From the NCBI RefSeq assembly GCF_009914755.1, contig NC_060931.1: a stretch of DNA of 64,000 nucleotides, one strand, 5' to 3'. The notes below the pieces were generated by a model, which had not been told where the DNA came from, did no database searches, and was given only the letters and a program-made list of their open reading frames with translations. Both the position numbers and the translations under genes were made by a program. Shown here piece after piece: positions 45,144 to 64,000 of this stretch. Position 1 is the first letter of the stretch. Every line of letters begins with the position of its first letter. The DNA is from the human T2T-CHM13v2.0 reference genome, Homo sapiens.

Positions 45144-45839
45144 CAGCAGTCCCCAAACCATCTTCCCACCAGTGACTGGTTTCATGGAAGATAATTTTTC
45201 CGAGGACCGGGGTTGGGGTGGAGATGGTTTTGGAATGAGTCAAGTGCTTTCCATTTATTGTGCACTTTATTTCTATTATTATTACATTGTAATATACAGT
45301 GAAATAATTCTACAATTCACCATCATGTAGAAACAGTGGGAACCCTGAGCTTGTTTTCCTGCAACTAGAAGGTCCCATCTGGGAGCGATGGGAGATAGTG
45401 ACAGATCATCAGGCAGATCACTTAGTAGAGACAGGTTTCACCATGTCGGCCAGGCTGGTCTTGAGCTCTTTACCTCAGGTGATCCACCCGCGTTGACCTC
45501 CCAAAGTGTTGGGATTACAAGCATGAGCCTGGTCATGGAATAGAAGTTCTATTCTTAGTTCTTTGAGAGCTAATTCTCTTATGAGAGCTGATTCTCATAA
45601 GGAGCGTGCCACCTAGATCCCTCTCATGCACATTTCATAATAGGGTTCATGCTCCTATGAGAAACTAATGCCGTAGTTTATCTGACAGGAGACAGAGCTC
45701 AGGCAGTAATGCAAGCCATAGGGAGTGGCTGTAAATCCGGATGAAGCTTTGCTGTCTTACCTGCTGCTCACCTCCTGCTGTGTGTCCCGGTTCCTAAGAG
45801 GCCAAGGACAACCATGACTCTGGGGTTTAGGGACCCCTG
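45144..45839 (-). mobile_element. MER1A hAT-Charlie MITE with captured insert 45416-45589
   Basis: TIRs cagcagtcccca / ggacccctg; actggtttcatggaagataatttttcc; colinear with 56149-56767. Confidence 0.9.
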
Positions 45840-46308
45840 TGGTAGACCACCACCTCCCCAGACTGGCACCCTGCCCCTCTTAATGCAGTCAGAGTGACGC
45901 GGGTTTCTTCAGGAGCTGATCACCCTGTGGCCAATATTGAGTTTGAGGCTTTGTGAAGTCAGCTCATCCGTCAAGGACAAACATGTTGGCATCTTTTTAA
46001 ATGACATCCAACCTCTCTGCAGAAGTGGGCAGAGTGATTAGATCCTAAAAGGCAGTTCAGAGATGTTCCCTGACAGTGTTATGTTAGAAATCAATTTTAA
46101 TCTCTCTCCTATTATTTCAGGGGGAAGCAGCACCGAGAATAAATACACCAGCATTATTAGCAAAGCAAATGGCACATATACCCGCAACCCTGCAAGCGGT
46201 CTCAGTTGCCTGGTTTCTCTTGGTGAGAAAGGTAATGTGTGTTAAAGGGTACACACAAATGTCGCAGGGACAGTAGAACATTGGGTACCCTCAAAATATC
46301 CCCTTCAA

Positions 46309-46811
<503 letters not shown>

Positions 46812-47805
46812 TTAACATGGAACTAGAAGACACTCTGCAGGTTTGTCTAGAGAGGCCTTACAGAGGAGTGAAATCTATGGCTTTCAAAATGATAAGATGT
46901 GGATTCACTTCCTGACGCTGCTACCATGGAAGCCGAGTTGTGAACAATCAAGTCTAATCTCTTGGCCACAGTCAGACTCTTTATTTTATTTGCAAGTAAT
47001 AAATTATGATCTGCAAGCAGATCATAATCTCCACTTCTTAGGGCCTCGTGAGAGCTGGGGTTGATCAAAGTCCCAGTCCAATGATAACCACTTGACAGAC
47101 AGCAGCATTCATGTTATCTAAGCTGATTTTCCACCCGGGGCAGGGCTTGTCTCTGTGACGTTCCTTCCAAGCAGACCCTGATGTCTACCCCAGTGCCCTG
47201 GAGAGCACCAATGTACAGAAATGCGTGCTCAGTAGCAGGATGGATAGATGGATGGGCACCCTTGAAGCTGTCTGCGTGGCAGGAAGGACACAGGCGTGGG
47301 AAACTCTCTGACTTCTCTCCCTGTATCCTCCCTGTCTATAAATGGGCGCCATCATTAGCGTAATCAGATACTGGAACATTTTATTGAAAGTGCTATGGTT
47401 GATAAGGTAGATCCATAAAGCAACTTTTTCACTACACTCCCCTGCAACCTCCCCTTCTCATGTCAGGGTTATTCATTCCTGTGGCTGGATGACATTTTAG
47501 GAGGTTCCAAAGCTTTTCTGGACTGTCCAACCTTAGTCATAAGAACAGTATCGTTTCAGAGTAATAACTCTCCACATTTCATTCACCCTCAGTGTCTCCT
47601 CTCCTCCAGGGAAAGGGCAGGGGCCTGTTGCAAACTCAGACATCTGTGGCAGAAGAGTGGCCAGGGCAGAGGAAGAGGCTTCCAGCTCTCTCATAAATTA
47701 TCCTCCTTCCTCCCTGTCCAGCGTTGGCTGACCAGAGTGATCGCACAAACCAGTTTGCCTAGGAAAGTCCCAGTATGTACAGGTTGCCCAGATATGAATA
47801 CTTAG

Positions 47806-48595
<790 letters not shown>

Positions 48596-49145
48596 GCCTA
48601 CTTCTGACCCCTCAGATGTCCAGCCCAGGAAGAGGAGAGATTGGAACCACTTGAGTGGGTGAGTCCAGTTGTGACATGATGTTGGCTTTCTGGAGGTGGA
48701 GGGTCCAGAGGTGACTCTTATCTTGTAGGATACCTTAGTGGCTTTTTTCAGAGCTGCTCCCCGATGAGGACCTCAGTTCCCTCCATGAAAAAAGAGGTCT
48801 TTCCTTATGGAAGCTTCCAGGTTCTCCAATTCCTCAACTTCCAGATGCCACCTCTCACAAATTCTTATTACTAGGATTCCTTCGCTCCTCCAGGCAGGCC
48901 TCCTGAGCAGGATCCCTTTCAACCAGGTCCAAGCCACACACCCATCAAGTTCTCTCATGTCTTTAAAATACACCCATCTTTACCCCGACTTCCAGAGGGT
49001 ATGCAACATAGGCAGCACCAACCACAGCATGGCACCTTCAGGCTCTCAGGGTAGAAAACACATACCAGTTTGTGTGTTTCCTGATGTCACTGAACATTGG
49101 TCACCTTCTCCAAGAACAAAGATCCTCTCACATGGCTGTCATGAG

Positions 49146-50039
49146 TCATAATGGTTTGGATTTTTTCCGCCTCCAAATCTCATGTGGAAATTGATTCTGA
49201 ATGTTGGAGATGGGGCCTTGTGGTTAGTGTTTTGTCATGGGGGTGGATCCCTCATGTATGGCTGGGTGCCATTATTGCGGGATTTTTAAGGAATCAGGGG
49301 TTTAGGAGGATATTTATGAATTATTTAGGTGCACCAGCCCAGCCGGATTAACATTCAAAGGATTGAGCCCTGAACAAAAAGTTAAGTTACCTTTTAAGCA
49401 TTTTGTGGGGCTGTGGTGGGGAGATCTGTGCAGGGGGAAGCATACTACAGAAGCGAAAAAAAAAGACAGTTATTCAACTGAGACATGCATTACACCATTT
49501 CTTACTTGTCAAGGAAAAACATGTTTTGCAACTTGAGTTTATCTGTCTAGTGACCTTGCAGCTGCACAGCTAGGGAAACAGGGTATTCACAAAACCTGGG
49601 AAGGGAGGAGAGATAAGGCTCACCAGCCACTAGCCACAGAAAAATAGGCAGTGAATTTTAAAGGACTCCAGCTCTTTCTCAGGGGAAGTTGAGTTTTCTT
49701 ACATATAACTGAATTTCTGCTTACACACTCTAATTTCTTTTAATTCCTGTTCCACCATCCTTGTGGTAATAAGTGAGTTCTCGCTCTAGTTGTTCACACA
49801 AGATCTGGTTGTTAAAAAGAGTCTGGCAACTTCTCTCTCTTTTGCTCCCACTCCCACCATGTGATATGCCTGCTCCCTCTTTGCCATGATTGGAAGCCTC
49901 CCAAGGCCTCACCAGAAGCAGATGCTGACTTCATGGTTCTTATTCAGCCTGCAGAACTGTGAGCCAAATAAACCTCTTTTCTTTACAAATTACCCAGCCT
50001 CAGGCATTCCTGTATAGCAGTGTAAAATGGACTAGCACA
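49146..50039 (+). mobile_element. MST (MSTB-like) MaLR solo LTR
   Basis: atggtttgga...ccaaatctcatg; cagcctgcagaactgtgagccaaataaacctc; 5-bp TSD atgag/atgaa. Confidence 0.85.
49273..49754 (-). mobile_element. ERV1 solo LTR (LTR15-like) nested in the MST
   Basis: reverse strand begins tggaacaggaattaaaagaaatt; 4-bp TSD ccat. Confidence 0.75.
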
Positions 50040-50399
50040 ATGAAGAAGAAATGGAAAATACCATGGCATTCCAACAGGTTTCTCCCAAGGGCTCCTGCTT
50101 CTGCTTCAATGCGCTTACTGCATACTCTCCAGAGGGATTACTGGACCTTCCCTCTTCAAAACCCTTCAGTATCTTTCGCCTGGGTGGCCTAGCCCCTCAC
50201 TTCAGGATGTGAAGGCATTTCATAAACTTTAAAGGACAGTGCATAATTGTCACAGCAGCTAACAGTTCCTGAGCTGTAACCAAGTTCCAGGAGCTTTGTA
50301 TTCATTACTCACTAAATCCCTGAAAAAAATCCCATAAGCTGGGACCATCCTTATAATGTTCATTCTAAATGTCAACTATTTTTTTAATGGGGGAAAAAT

Positions 50400-50660
50400 T
50401 AATTTATTTTTTGGGACAGCGTCTCACTCTGTTACCTAGGCTGGAGTACAGTAGTGTGATCATAGCTCACTGCAGACTCAACCTCCCTGGGCTAAAGTGA
50501 TCCTCCCACCTCAGCCCCCTGAGTAGCTGGGACGACAGGCATGCACCACCATGCCCAGCTGATTTTTTATTTTTTGTAGAGATGGGGTCTTGCTATGTGG
50601 CCCAGGCTGGTCTTGAACTCCTGGGCTCAAGTGATCCACCCCTACCTCCTTAGCTTCCCA
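50400..50660 (-). mobile_element. Alu (J-type)
   Basis: Alu consensus. Confidence 0.9.
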
Positions 50661-50661
50661 A

Positions 50662-52485
<1,824 letters not shown>

Positions 52486-52909
52486 GACATTCCATAGTTG
52501 AAATGCTTATTGATCCAAAGTTATCCTTCTATGCCTTCTCCACATTTCTGATCCTGTCCTGGGTAACCACAAGAAAAAGTCAGACATTGAAGACCACGTG
52601 TAAATCTTATTGAAATAATTTCTTCTAAACATCCCCAATGTTTCATGTGAAAGCTTCATAATCTCTTCATCCTGTTCACCTTTCTCTCAAAAACCTGAAA
52701 TTTGTCTCTGTTCTTTTGTGTCCAGAGCACAGGTATAGAATATTAGATAATGGATGATGTTGATAAAGACAATAGTGATAACTTATATCAATTGAATATT
52801 TACCATGTGGTAGGTGCTGTACTAAGAACTTGACATACATTATTTAATCCTCACAGCAATCCTATGAGGTATATTCTGATGTCAACCCCATTTGAATATT
52901 TAAAAAAAA

Positions 52910-53453
<544 letters not shown>

Positions 53454-54197
53454 TCAGAGAGGTTCATTAACTTACTCAAGATCACACAGCTTGTAACGGC
53501 AGAGTGGGGATGTGAACTCGGGTCTTCCAGATTTCAAAGTATGTGCTCTTAACAAGTATGCTGTGTCAATACAAATAAAACTGTCCCTAAAACTGTTTTG
53601 ACTAAACTGATGGCTTAGACTCGACAGGGAGAACAGTAGCCTTGGACAGCAGCAGGAAGCTGCAGCCACAGTGACTGTGACCAGGAACAGAGGCCACGTC
53701 AGCTGGACTTAACAGCCAGAAGGGCTCAGCTGCACAGAGCAGAGCTTCCCGGCTCCGCAGCTCACCCGCATACACTGGCACGCCGGAAATCAAGCTGACA
53801 GAACTTAAAAGGCACAGATTTTGAAGTCAGTAGCATTTTGCTATGGGCAAGCCACTTACCGCTTTGAGCTCTGGACGCTTCGTTTACGAAATGCTGGGCA
53901 AACATGTCTCATCTCAGCACTGTTCCAAAAGGAGGTGGATTAAAAAAAAAAAAGGTAGTGAAGGCAAAAACCTACCACAGGAAGAATCTTAGAGTCTTCT
54001 ATTCTTATAAGCATAGGAGACTCTGAACCTACAATTTCCAGGTTGCCCTAAACAGACTCCTATCTGAAGAAGCAGATTCTACATCTACGCAGATGAGCTC
54101 ATTAGCTAAGCATTTGTTAGATGAAATAAATACATGAACAACAGAGCAATAAAGGACACCCAGGAAAACCCATTAATCCCTCAAAATGACTCCTCTT

Positions 54198-54545
54198 GGT
54201 TGGGAGCGGTGGCTTACCCCTGTAATCCTAGTACTTTGGGAGGCCGAGGTGGGTGGATCACTTGAGGTCAGGAGTTCGAGACCATCCTGGCCAACATGAT
54301 GAAACCCCGCCTCTACTAAAAATACAAAAATTAGCCAGGCGTGGTGGCACACATCTGTAATCTCAGCTACTTGGGAGGCTGAGGCACAAGAATCACTTGA
54401 ACCCAGGAGGCAGAAGTTGCAGTGAGAAGAGATTGTGCCCTGTACTCCAGTCTGGGTGACAGAGTGAGACTCCATCACAAACTGTACTCCAGTCTGGGTG
54501 ACAGAGTGAGACTCCATCACAAAAAAAAAAAAAAAAAAAAACAAA
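54198..54545 (+). mobile_element. Alu with 42-bp tandem duplication at its 3' end
   Basis: TSD gactcctctt. Confidence 0.95.
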
Positions 54546-54645
54546 AGACTCCTCTTCTTCCCTCTCAGCAAAAGTCGCCCCTGTGATAGCCATACTTCAC
54601 AAAAATCTCTTTCAGAGGTTCCTGTCATTAACTCACACTGCTACA

Positions 54646-54901
54646 TTTTTTTTTGAGACAGAGTCTCACTGTGTTGCCCAGGCTGGAGTGCAGTGGTGCA
54701 ATTATAGCTCACTGCAGCTTCAAACTCCTGAGCTCAAGCGATCTTCCTGCCTCAGCCTCCTCAGTAGCTAATTTTATATTTTTATAGAGATGGAGTTCCC
54801 CTATGTTACCCAGGTGGGTCTTGAACCCCTGGGCTCAAGCAATCCTCCTGCCTTGGCCTCTCAAAGTGTTGGGATTACAGGCATGAGCCACTGGGCCCGG
54901 C
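54646..54901 (-). mobile_element. Alu (J-type, internal deletion)
   Basis: Alu consensus. Confidence 0.9.
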
Positions 54902-55778
54902 TTCATATCGTCATTTCGTAAGGTTTCTTGCAATCTGCTTTCCTGGGCAGCCATTCAGCTCCACCAGGGGTCCGTCACCTCCTATAGGTTTCCACCCTCC
55001 CCATATCCTTAAATGAACATCCATTCATCCCGGTTAAGTCCAGAAGAGCGGCTTCCCCACTCTCTTCCCCGCCATATAAGCTCTGAAACCACCAACAAGG
55101 CAAATTGAGGATTCATGACAAAGATTCAGGCTTCTGGGAGTTTCCAAGGTATAAAATCATTTAGTTCCTATCAGTCATATGGTCCAGGCAGCCCAAGATA
55201 AAATTGGCAAGGTAACCAGCAATCCTCTTTGGTGGTGGATTTGATTTGTCCATGAAAGAGCCACAGCTGAGGAAGTTGTGTTAAGGAAGTGATTCCAATA
55301 AGGATTAGATAGGAGAGCAATACATGGACCCTCATCAGAGTAGCCGGACTTGTAGACAGCCCTATGTGTAGACAGCCCTCTTTGTAATGTGCCTGCTGCC
55401 TGCCTCATCATTAAAACAGATCAACAAAAAGCAAAAGGCTTTGCCAAGGCTATCCCTAAAAGATTTCCAGAGAGTTCTTTCATCAGCCTAATTGGTCATC
55501 TTCATTAAATGCTAAGACTTTTTAGGACCTGATGCATTTCCACCTGGAGTTAAGATACATTTATCAAGTCCTTCCCTGCAGGGAACTTGAAGGAGAAGAA
55601 GGAAATGAATGTAAAGACCCAGATACCAGCATCAGGAAAAGGGACTTCTTCAAGCTGAAAGGGGGTAATGCAGGGGCTCCTGGTAGAAATGAGAAAGTAA
55701 GAAACATTTTTTTTCCCACTCGATCCCCCTTCTGGCTCCCCATTCCTCTCGCTGAGAGGTACTTCTACCACTCAGTAA

Positions 55779-56082
<304 letters not shown>

Positions 56083-56148
56083 GCAGTAAGAGACATTTCT
56101 ATCAGTCATGACCCCTAAACTTGAGTAGCCAAGCAAGCCCATCTGAAG

Positions 56149-56767
56149 CAGGGATCCCCAACCTTTTTGGTACCAGTGACTGGTTTCATGGAAGACAATT
56201 TTTCCACGGACCAAAGGGAAGTAGCAAGGGATGGTTTCAGGGTGATTCAAGCACATTACATTTATTGTGAACTTTATTTATATTATGAAGTACTTCACAA
56301 AAACCTCTTTCAGAGGTTCCCCTTATTAACTAATACTGCCGTTTTTTTATTGAGACAGTCTCACTGTGTTGTCCAGGCTGGAGTGCGGTGGTGCAATCAC
56401 TCACCATATAATGAAATAATTATACAACTCACCATCATGTAGAATCAGTGGGACTCCTGAGCTTGTTTTCCTGCAACTAGATGGTCCCATCTGGGGGTGA
56501 TGTGAGACAGTGACAGATCATCAGGCATTAGATTTTCATAAGGAGCCCACAACCTAGATCCCTCCCATGCACAGTTCACAATAGGGTTTATGCTCCTGTT
56601 AGAATCTAATGCCACTGCTGATCTGACAAGAGGTGGAGCTCAGGCGGGAATGCGAACGATGGGGAGTGGCTGTAAATACAGATGACGCTTTGCTGGTTTG
56701 CCCACTGCTCACCTCCTGCTGTGCTGCCTGCTTCCTAATGGGTCACAGACTGGTACCCCATCCCCTG
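56149..56767 (-). mobile_element. MER1A hAT-Charlie MITE with captured insert 56287-56405
   Basis: cagggatccccaacctttttgg...cccctg; 8-bp TSD atctgaag/atataaag (6 of 8). Confidence 0.9.
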
Positions 56768-57132
56768 ATATAAAGAACTCAATCTCTTCTTCCCACTCCA
56801 CTCAGCCTTGGCCAGGAGTATTTATTTTTGCATGTAACTAGTTGCAATCTGCCTGCCTGGTCAGAACCGCATTCCTAACTCCCAAACAGAAGAATAGATT
56901 TTTATTTAGCATGCGTCTTACTCTGTCACACCCTTAAAATGCATGAGAAGTGAAATAAAATGTTTGGAGTTTTTTTCTCACATAGTACAATGAGAAGTAC
57001 AGCACAGAAACTTCTGCAGTTGAAGACATCCTGGACAATCAGTTACCTTCAAGGTGCTATGAAATTACAGCAACGGCAGAGCAGCAACAACCAAAAAAAA
57101 AAAAAATTCTCAAAATGCAAATAAGATATTTA

Positions 57133-57440
<308 letters not shown>

Positions 57441-57620
57441 GAAGTTATTTAGGTTAATCTCCGACATGGGTTTAGTGTCTTTTACTTGTTCCCAAACCAT
57501 TTCCTCTGTTACGTTATAGTATTTGCACTTCTCTGTTATATAGGAAGGGAAGTTGTCTTTCTACCAGGTTCTTCCTACCTAGTGTGAGAGGTACATGACT
57601 TGCTGAAAGTCTGGAAATCT

Positions 57621-58236
<616 letters not shown>

Positions 58237-58731
58237 AGCAGGTTGGTATTCTTATCTGTCTATTAGGGAGACACCTTTCTCTCAGGGCCACATCCAGCTT
58301 AGCCTTCAGTGGAGTATATTTTTACAACCACAAGTGGATTTTAGCTCTCTAAGGGGTACAAACTACTAGAGCCCAACTCAGCAGCTCTGCAAATGTCTCC
58401 AAAGAGCCTCCAGTTGTCTAAGTTTATATTTAAAGCTGATTCTCTCAAAAAGCTTCATAAAAATTAACTAGATGGATGCTCTGAAAATCTTATTATCAGA
58501 TGGAATTTTGTTTGGTTATTTAAGTCTTAAAGTTTCCATTACTGGGCGTTTTGGCCATCAGTGTCCATTTTTCTGCCAAAACAGTTTTGGATTATCTGCG
58601 TTTGGTCTGGGTCACTTTCCTGGAATTTGGAACGGAATATAGTGCCTCCTTGATGAGAACTGCAACTTCCCAGGGTGAAAGAGAAGAAGGAAGTTAACCA
58701 CACTTTCCTCATGATCACTCTTCTCCATTAA

Positions 58732-59596
<865 letters not shown>

Positions 59597-59785
59597 TAGT
59601 TGAAATGAGCTCATCTGTTGGTGTGTTTGCTGCTTATTTTCTGTGACCCTCCGGTAGGAGGTTCTTAAGTAAAAGGTACAATAAAGCAAGAACTTTGTCT
59701 GTCTTAGCATCATGCTTCCCGGGCCTCATAGTGTCACGGTGCAGTGGTTGAGAGATGGGCATTAGGGTTAAACTGCTTCAGTTAG

Positions 59786-60149
<364 letters not shown>

Positions 60150-60423
60150 TTACTTAGCCTCTTTCTGACTCAGTTTTCCTACCTAAAATGGGGATAAAAC
60201 TAGGAGCCTCATTAGGGATGCTTTGATGATTGAATGAGCTGATATGTGAAAAGCACGACATATAGTAACTGCTGTAATGCATTTGTGACTATTTTCTCAA
60301 CTCAAAACCTCCCTGGCACATCACAGGCATTCAATAGATTTTGATCGAATGAATAAATTAATTAACAATTCCTAATCCAGCGCTCTTCTTGGTATAAATA
60401 TTTACACTTTAAAAGAAAATGTT

Positions 60424-60732
<309 letters not shown>

Positions 60733-60979
60733 TCAAAATTAAATATAAAGGCATACAAACGCAAAAACAATTTATCTTTAATTGGGAGACAAGCTAAGTC
60801 TGTAGGATCAAAGGAGGCAGAATAAAAGAAAATTGTCTCTTTTGCAGAGGACGCAATTGGTAACCAATTTCACCAACGTTGATTCTATGGTGTTCACAGG
60901 AGAGGGCCCATGGCACACAGTTTCAAAGTCATGCAGGAGTCCTCAATCACCACGGAAAAGTGGGTTGGGCAGAGTCTAA

Positions 60980-61628
<649 letters not shown>

Positions 61629-62619
61629 TTCAGGGGATCATTATTTTAAAAATATGATTTATCCACCTTTGAATGATGCCAGTGAAGAAGGAAAAGAAGA
61701 TGTTAAGTAAAGGTGAGTTTGCATGGTGATATGAGGCTTCCAGATGAGCTCATATTTTAAAAGGGCACAGAAAGGGTCTATATCCAAGAGATAAGAACAA
61801 CACAGAAATTGTAGGTCTCCTAATGGAGGCAGAAGACACTTAAAACTAATTCGGAGTGTCTTCCATCTCCCAAGAGTGCTGCTGCCACAAACCAAGCCCT
61901 TTCCAGGGATGTCTTCATCCCATTCTCACCAGAGCCTCATGAGAGGGGCAGTGATGTGTTATTCGCCCATTTTACAGATGAAACAACCTGGGCCTCAGAG
62001 AAACAAAGTCCATTTTCACAACTGTTCATTTAACAATGAGAACGATTATCAGACAAAGACAAGAGAAGAATCAAAGCACAGGAGATGTGAAATTGGAGGT
62101 GCAAACCCCCAAAACATCTTCAACAAATATTCGAGCCTGCCTGTGAGGAACTTAAAGTCTCCTTGTAGGGACAGTTGTGTCATTAAGCAGAGATAGAAGT
62201 GGCAGGGTCCACAGAGAAGGGGGCACCTCCAGAATGGGCGGTGTCAGAGAAGGCTTTCCATCCTAGCTGAAAGCAATCAGATTTAGCAGGTAAATAGGGG
62301 TTTGGGGAGAGTGTTCGTGCCAGATTAAACAGCATGTGGCCTAGGAGATTGGAGACCAGGGGATATCAGTTAGCATGGCAGAGTTTGCAGAGTGACTCAG
62401 TTCAGAAGATGTGTAATTATGTATTAAATGCCTGTCTTTCTCATTAGGCAGCAAATGCTATAGGGGCAGGAACCATGGCCCTCTGGTTCACTTATGAATC
62501 CCCAGTCCCCGGCAATTACCTACTGCTGAATAACAACATCAATAATAGTAATAGCTAACATTGATCGATCACTGAGTACTGGCTGTTTCATAATATTGCT
62601 GCTAGAAAGTGCTCAATAC

Positions 62620-62710
62620 GCTTGCAGTGAGCCGAGATTGCGCCACTGCACTCCAGCCTGGGTGACAGAACGAGACTCTGTCTCAAAAAAAAGAAAAAAA
62701 AAAAGAAAGA
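62620..62710 (+). mobile_element. Heavily 5'-truncated AluY
   Basis: gcttgcagtgagccgag; 16-bp TSD agaaa(g/a)tgctcaatac. Confidence 0.9.
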
Positions 62711-62961
62711 AAATGCTCAATACATATTTATGAGATGAATATTTGATGCATATATTTATTCATTTGTATTAGAATTGATTTCTATTTATTCACTCATTCC
62801 AAAGATTGAATAGCAACAGTGGTGAGGCAATGTTGGGGTGTACTGAGGTTCACCCGGGAGGTCAGGGACAGCAGAGGAAATTGGGCTCTAGCTAGAGGCG
62901 ATAGGGGAGGGGCACTGCGGGGCTTCAGTAAGAGATTTGATATACTTTGGTGTTCATTTTA

Positions 62962-63280
<319 letters not shown>

Positions 63281-64000
63281 ATTCACTCTGGCTGCTAGAC
63301 AATGGATTGGAGCAGGATGAGAGAGGATCCTGGGACACCAAGACACCAGGACACCTTGGAAGATCACAAAAAATGGTGGAGATACAGAAATAAGCAAATA
63401 CTAACCCAGCTCACTATTTTTTAAGAAGACGGTGGTGAATGTCACAAGCCCTAGATCAAAATAGGATTAGTGTCCGCCGAATCAAAACAGCTGACATTGA
63501 TTGAAAGCTTGCATTATTTCCAGGGCTTTACACAAATCACCTGATTCAATCCTCAAAACAAACCTACAGATAGATACAATTATTGTACCACAGTCACTCA
63601 GCTAATTATTATACTACAGTCACCCAGCTAATACCCACATTTTAACTCAAGCTATCTGCTTACACTGGCCACCAGTTACCGCTTCTCCTTCTTGAACAAA
63701 GCTCATTATTTTATAAATCTGCAGCAGTCTATGAACAAGGTTCAAAGACAAGGAGAAATTGCATCTGGAGGATGAAAAGGACTAAAACGAGCGGACGGGG
63801 CTGGCTCCACATCCCTGCAACCTATGCAGTCGCTTGGGGCCCTGAGCCGGGAAGGGCCTGGAATTTGATTAGTCGGTTTAATGCTCTGCCATTGGTGTCC
63901 GGAGATTCTTAATAATTTTTGAACACAGGATCCTGATTTTTATTTTGCACCAGGTTCCGCGCATTATGTAGCCAGAAGAAGCTGCATGTAGCAAATTCTG

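Noticed and set aside
54958-54976. CTCF-like ccaccaggggtcc
   Set aside because: Mismatch in the core GGCG positions; cannot be supported without ChIP data.

Overview
Primate, most likely human, non-coding DNA. About 80 Alu elements or fragments cover roughly a third of the window. It also holds decayed L1, L2 and MIR pieces, solo LTRs (MER34-like, two MER66-like, MER9, MST with a nested LTR15-like element, MER4, MLT1), DNA-transposon MITEs (two MER1A, MER5A, two Tigger4 derivatives) and microsatellites. I cannot support any protein-coding exon, RNA gene or CpG-island promoter; the ORFs trace to Alu, L1, LTR or simple-repeat sequence or look like chance. A few repeat-free, TAAT- or E-box-rich blocks resemble enhancers. 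The most unusual signal is a set of fossil locally templated insertions. Both MER1A copies carry DNA copied from 1.7-6 kb away, a MIR carries two inverted copies of sequence 1.2-1.6 kb downstream, and an L1 carries a direct+inverted+direct patchwork of nearby DNA. There are also template-switch hairpins (one with a 33-bp near-perfect stem), a candidate Alu 3' transduction and a possible decayed gag relic. These record mutational and repair processes; they do not demonstrate a new gene system. Family names come from recalled consensus sequences, most boundaries are approximate (about +/-10-30 bp), and identities are hand counts.
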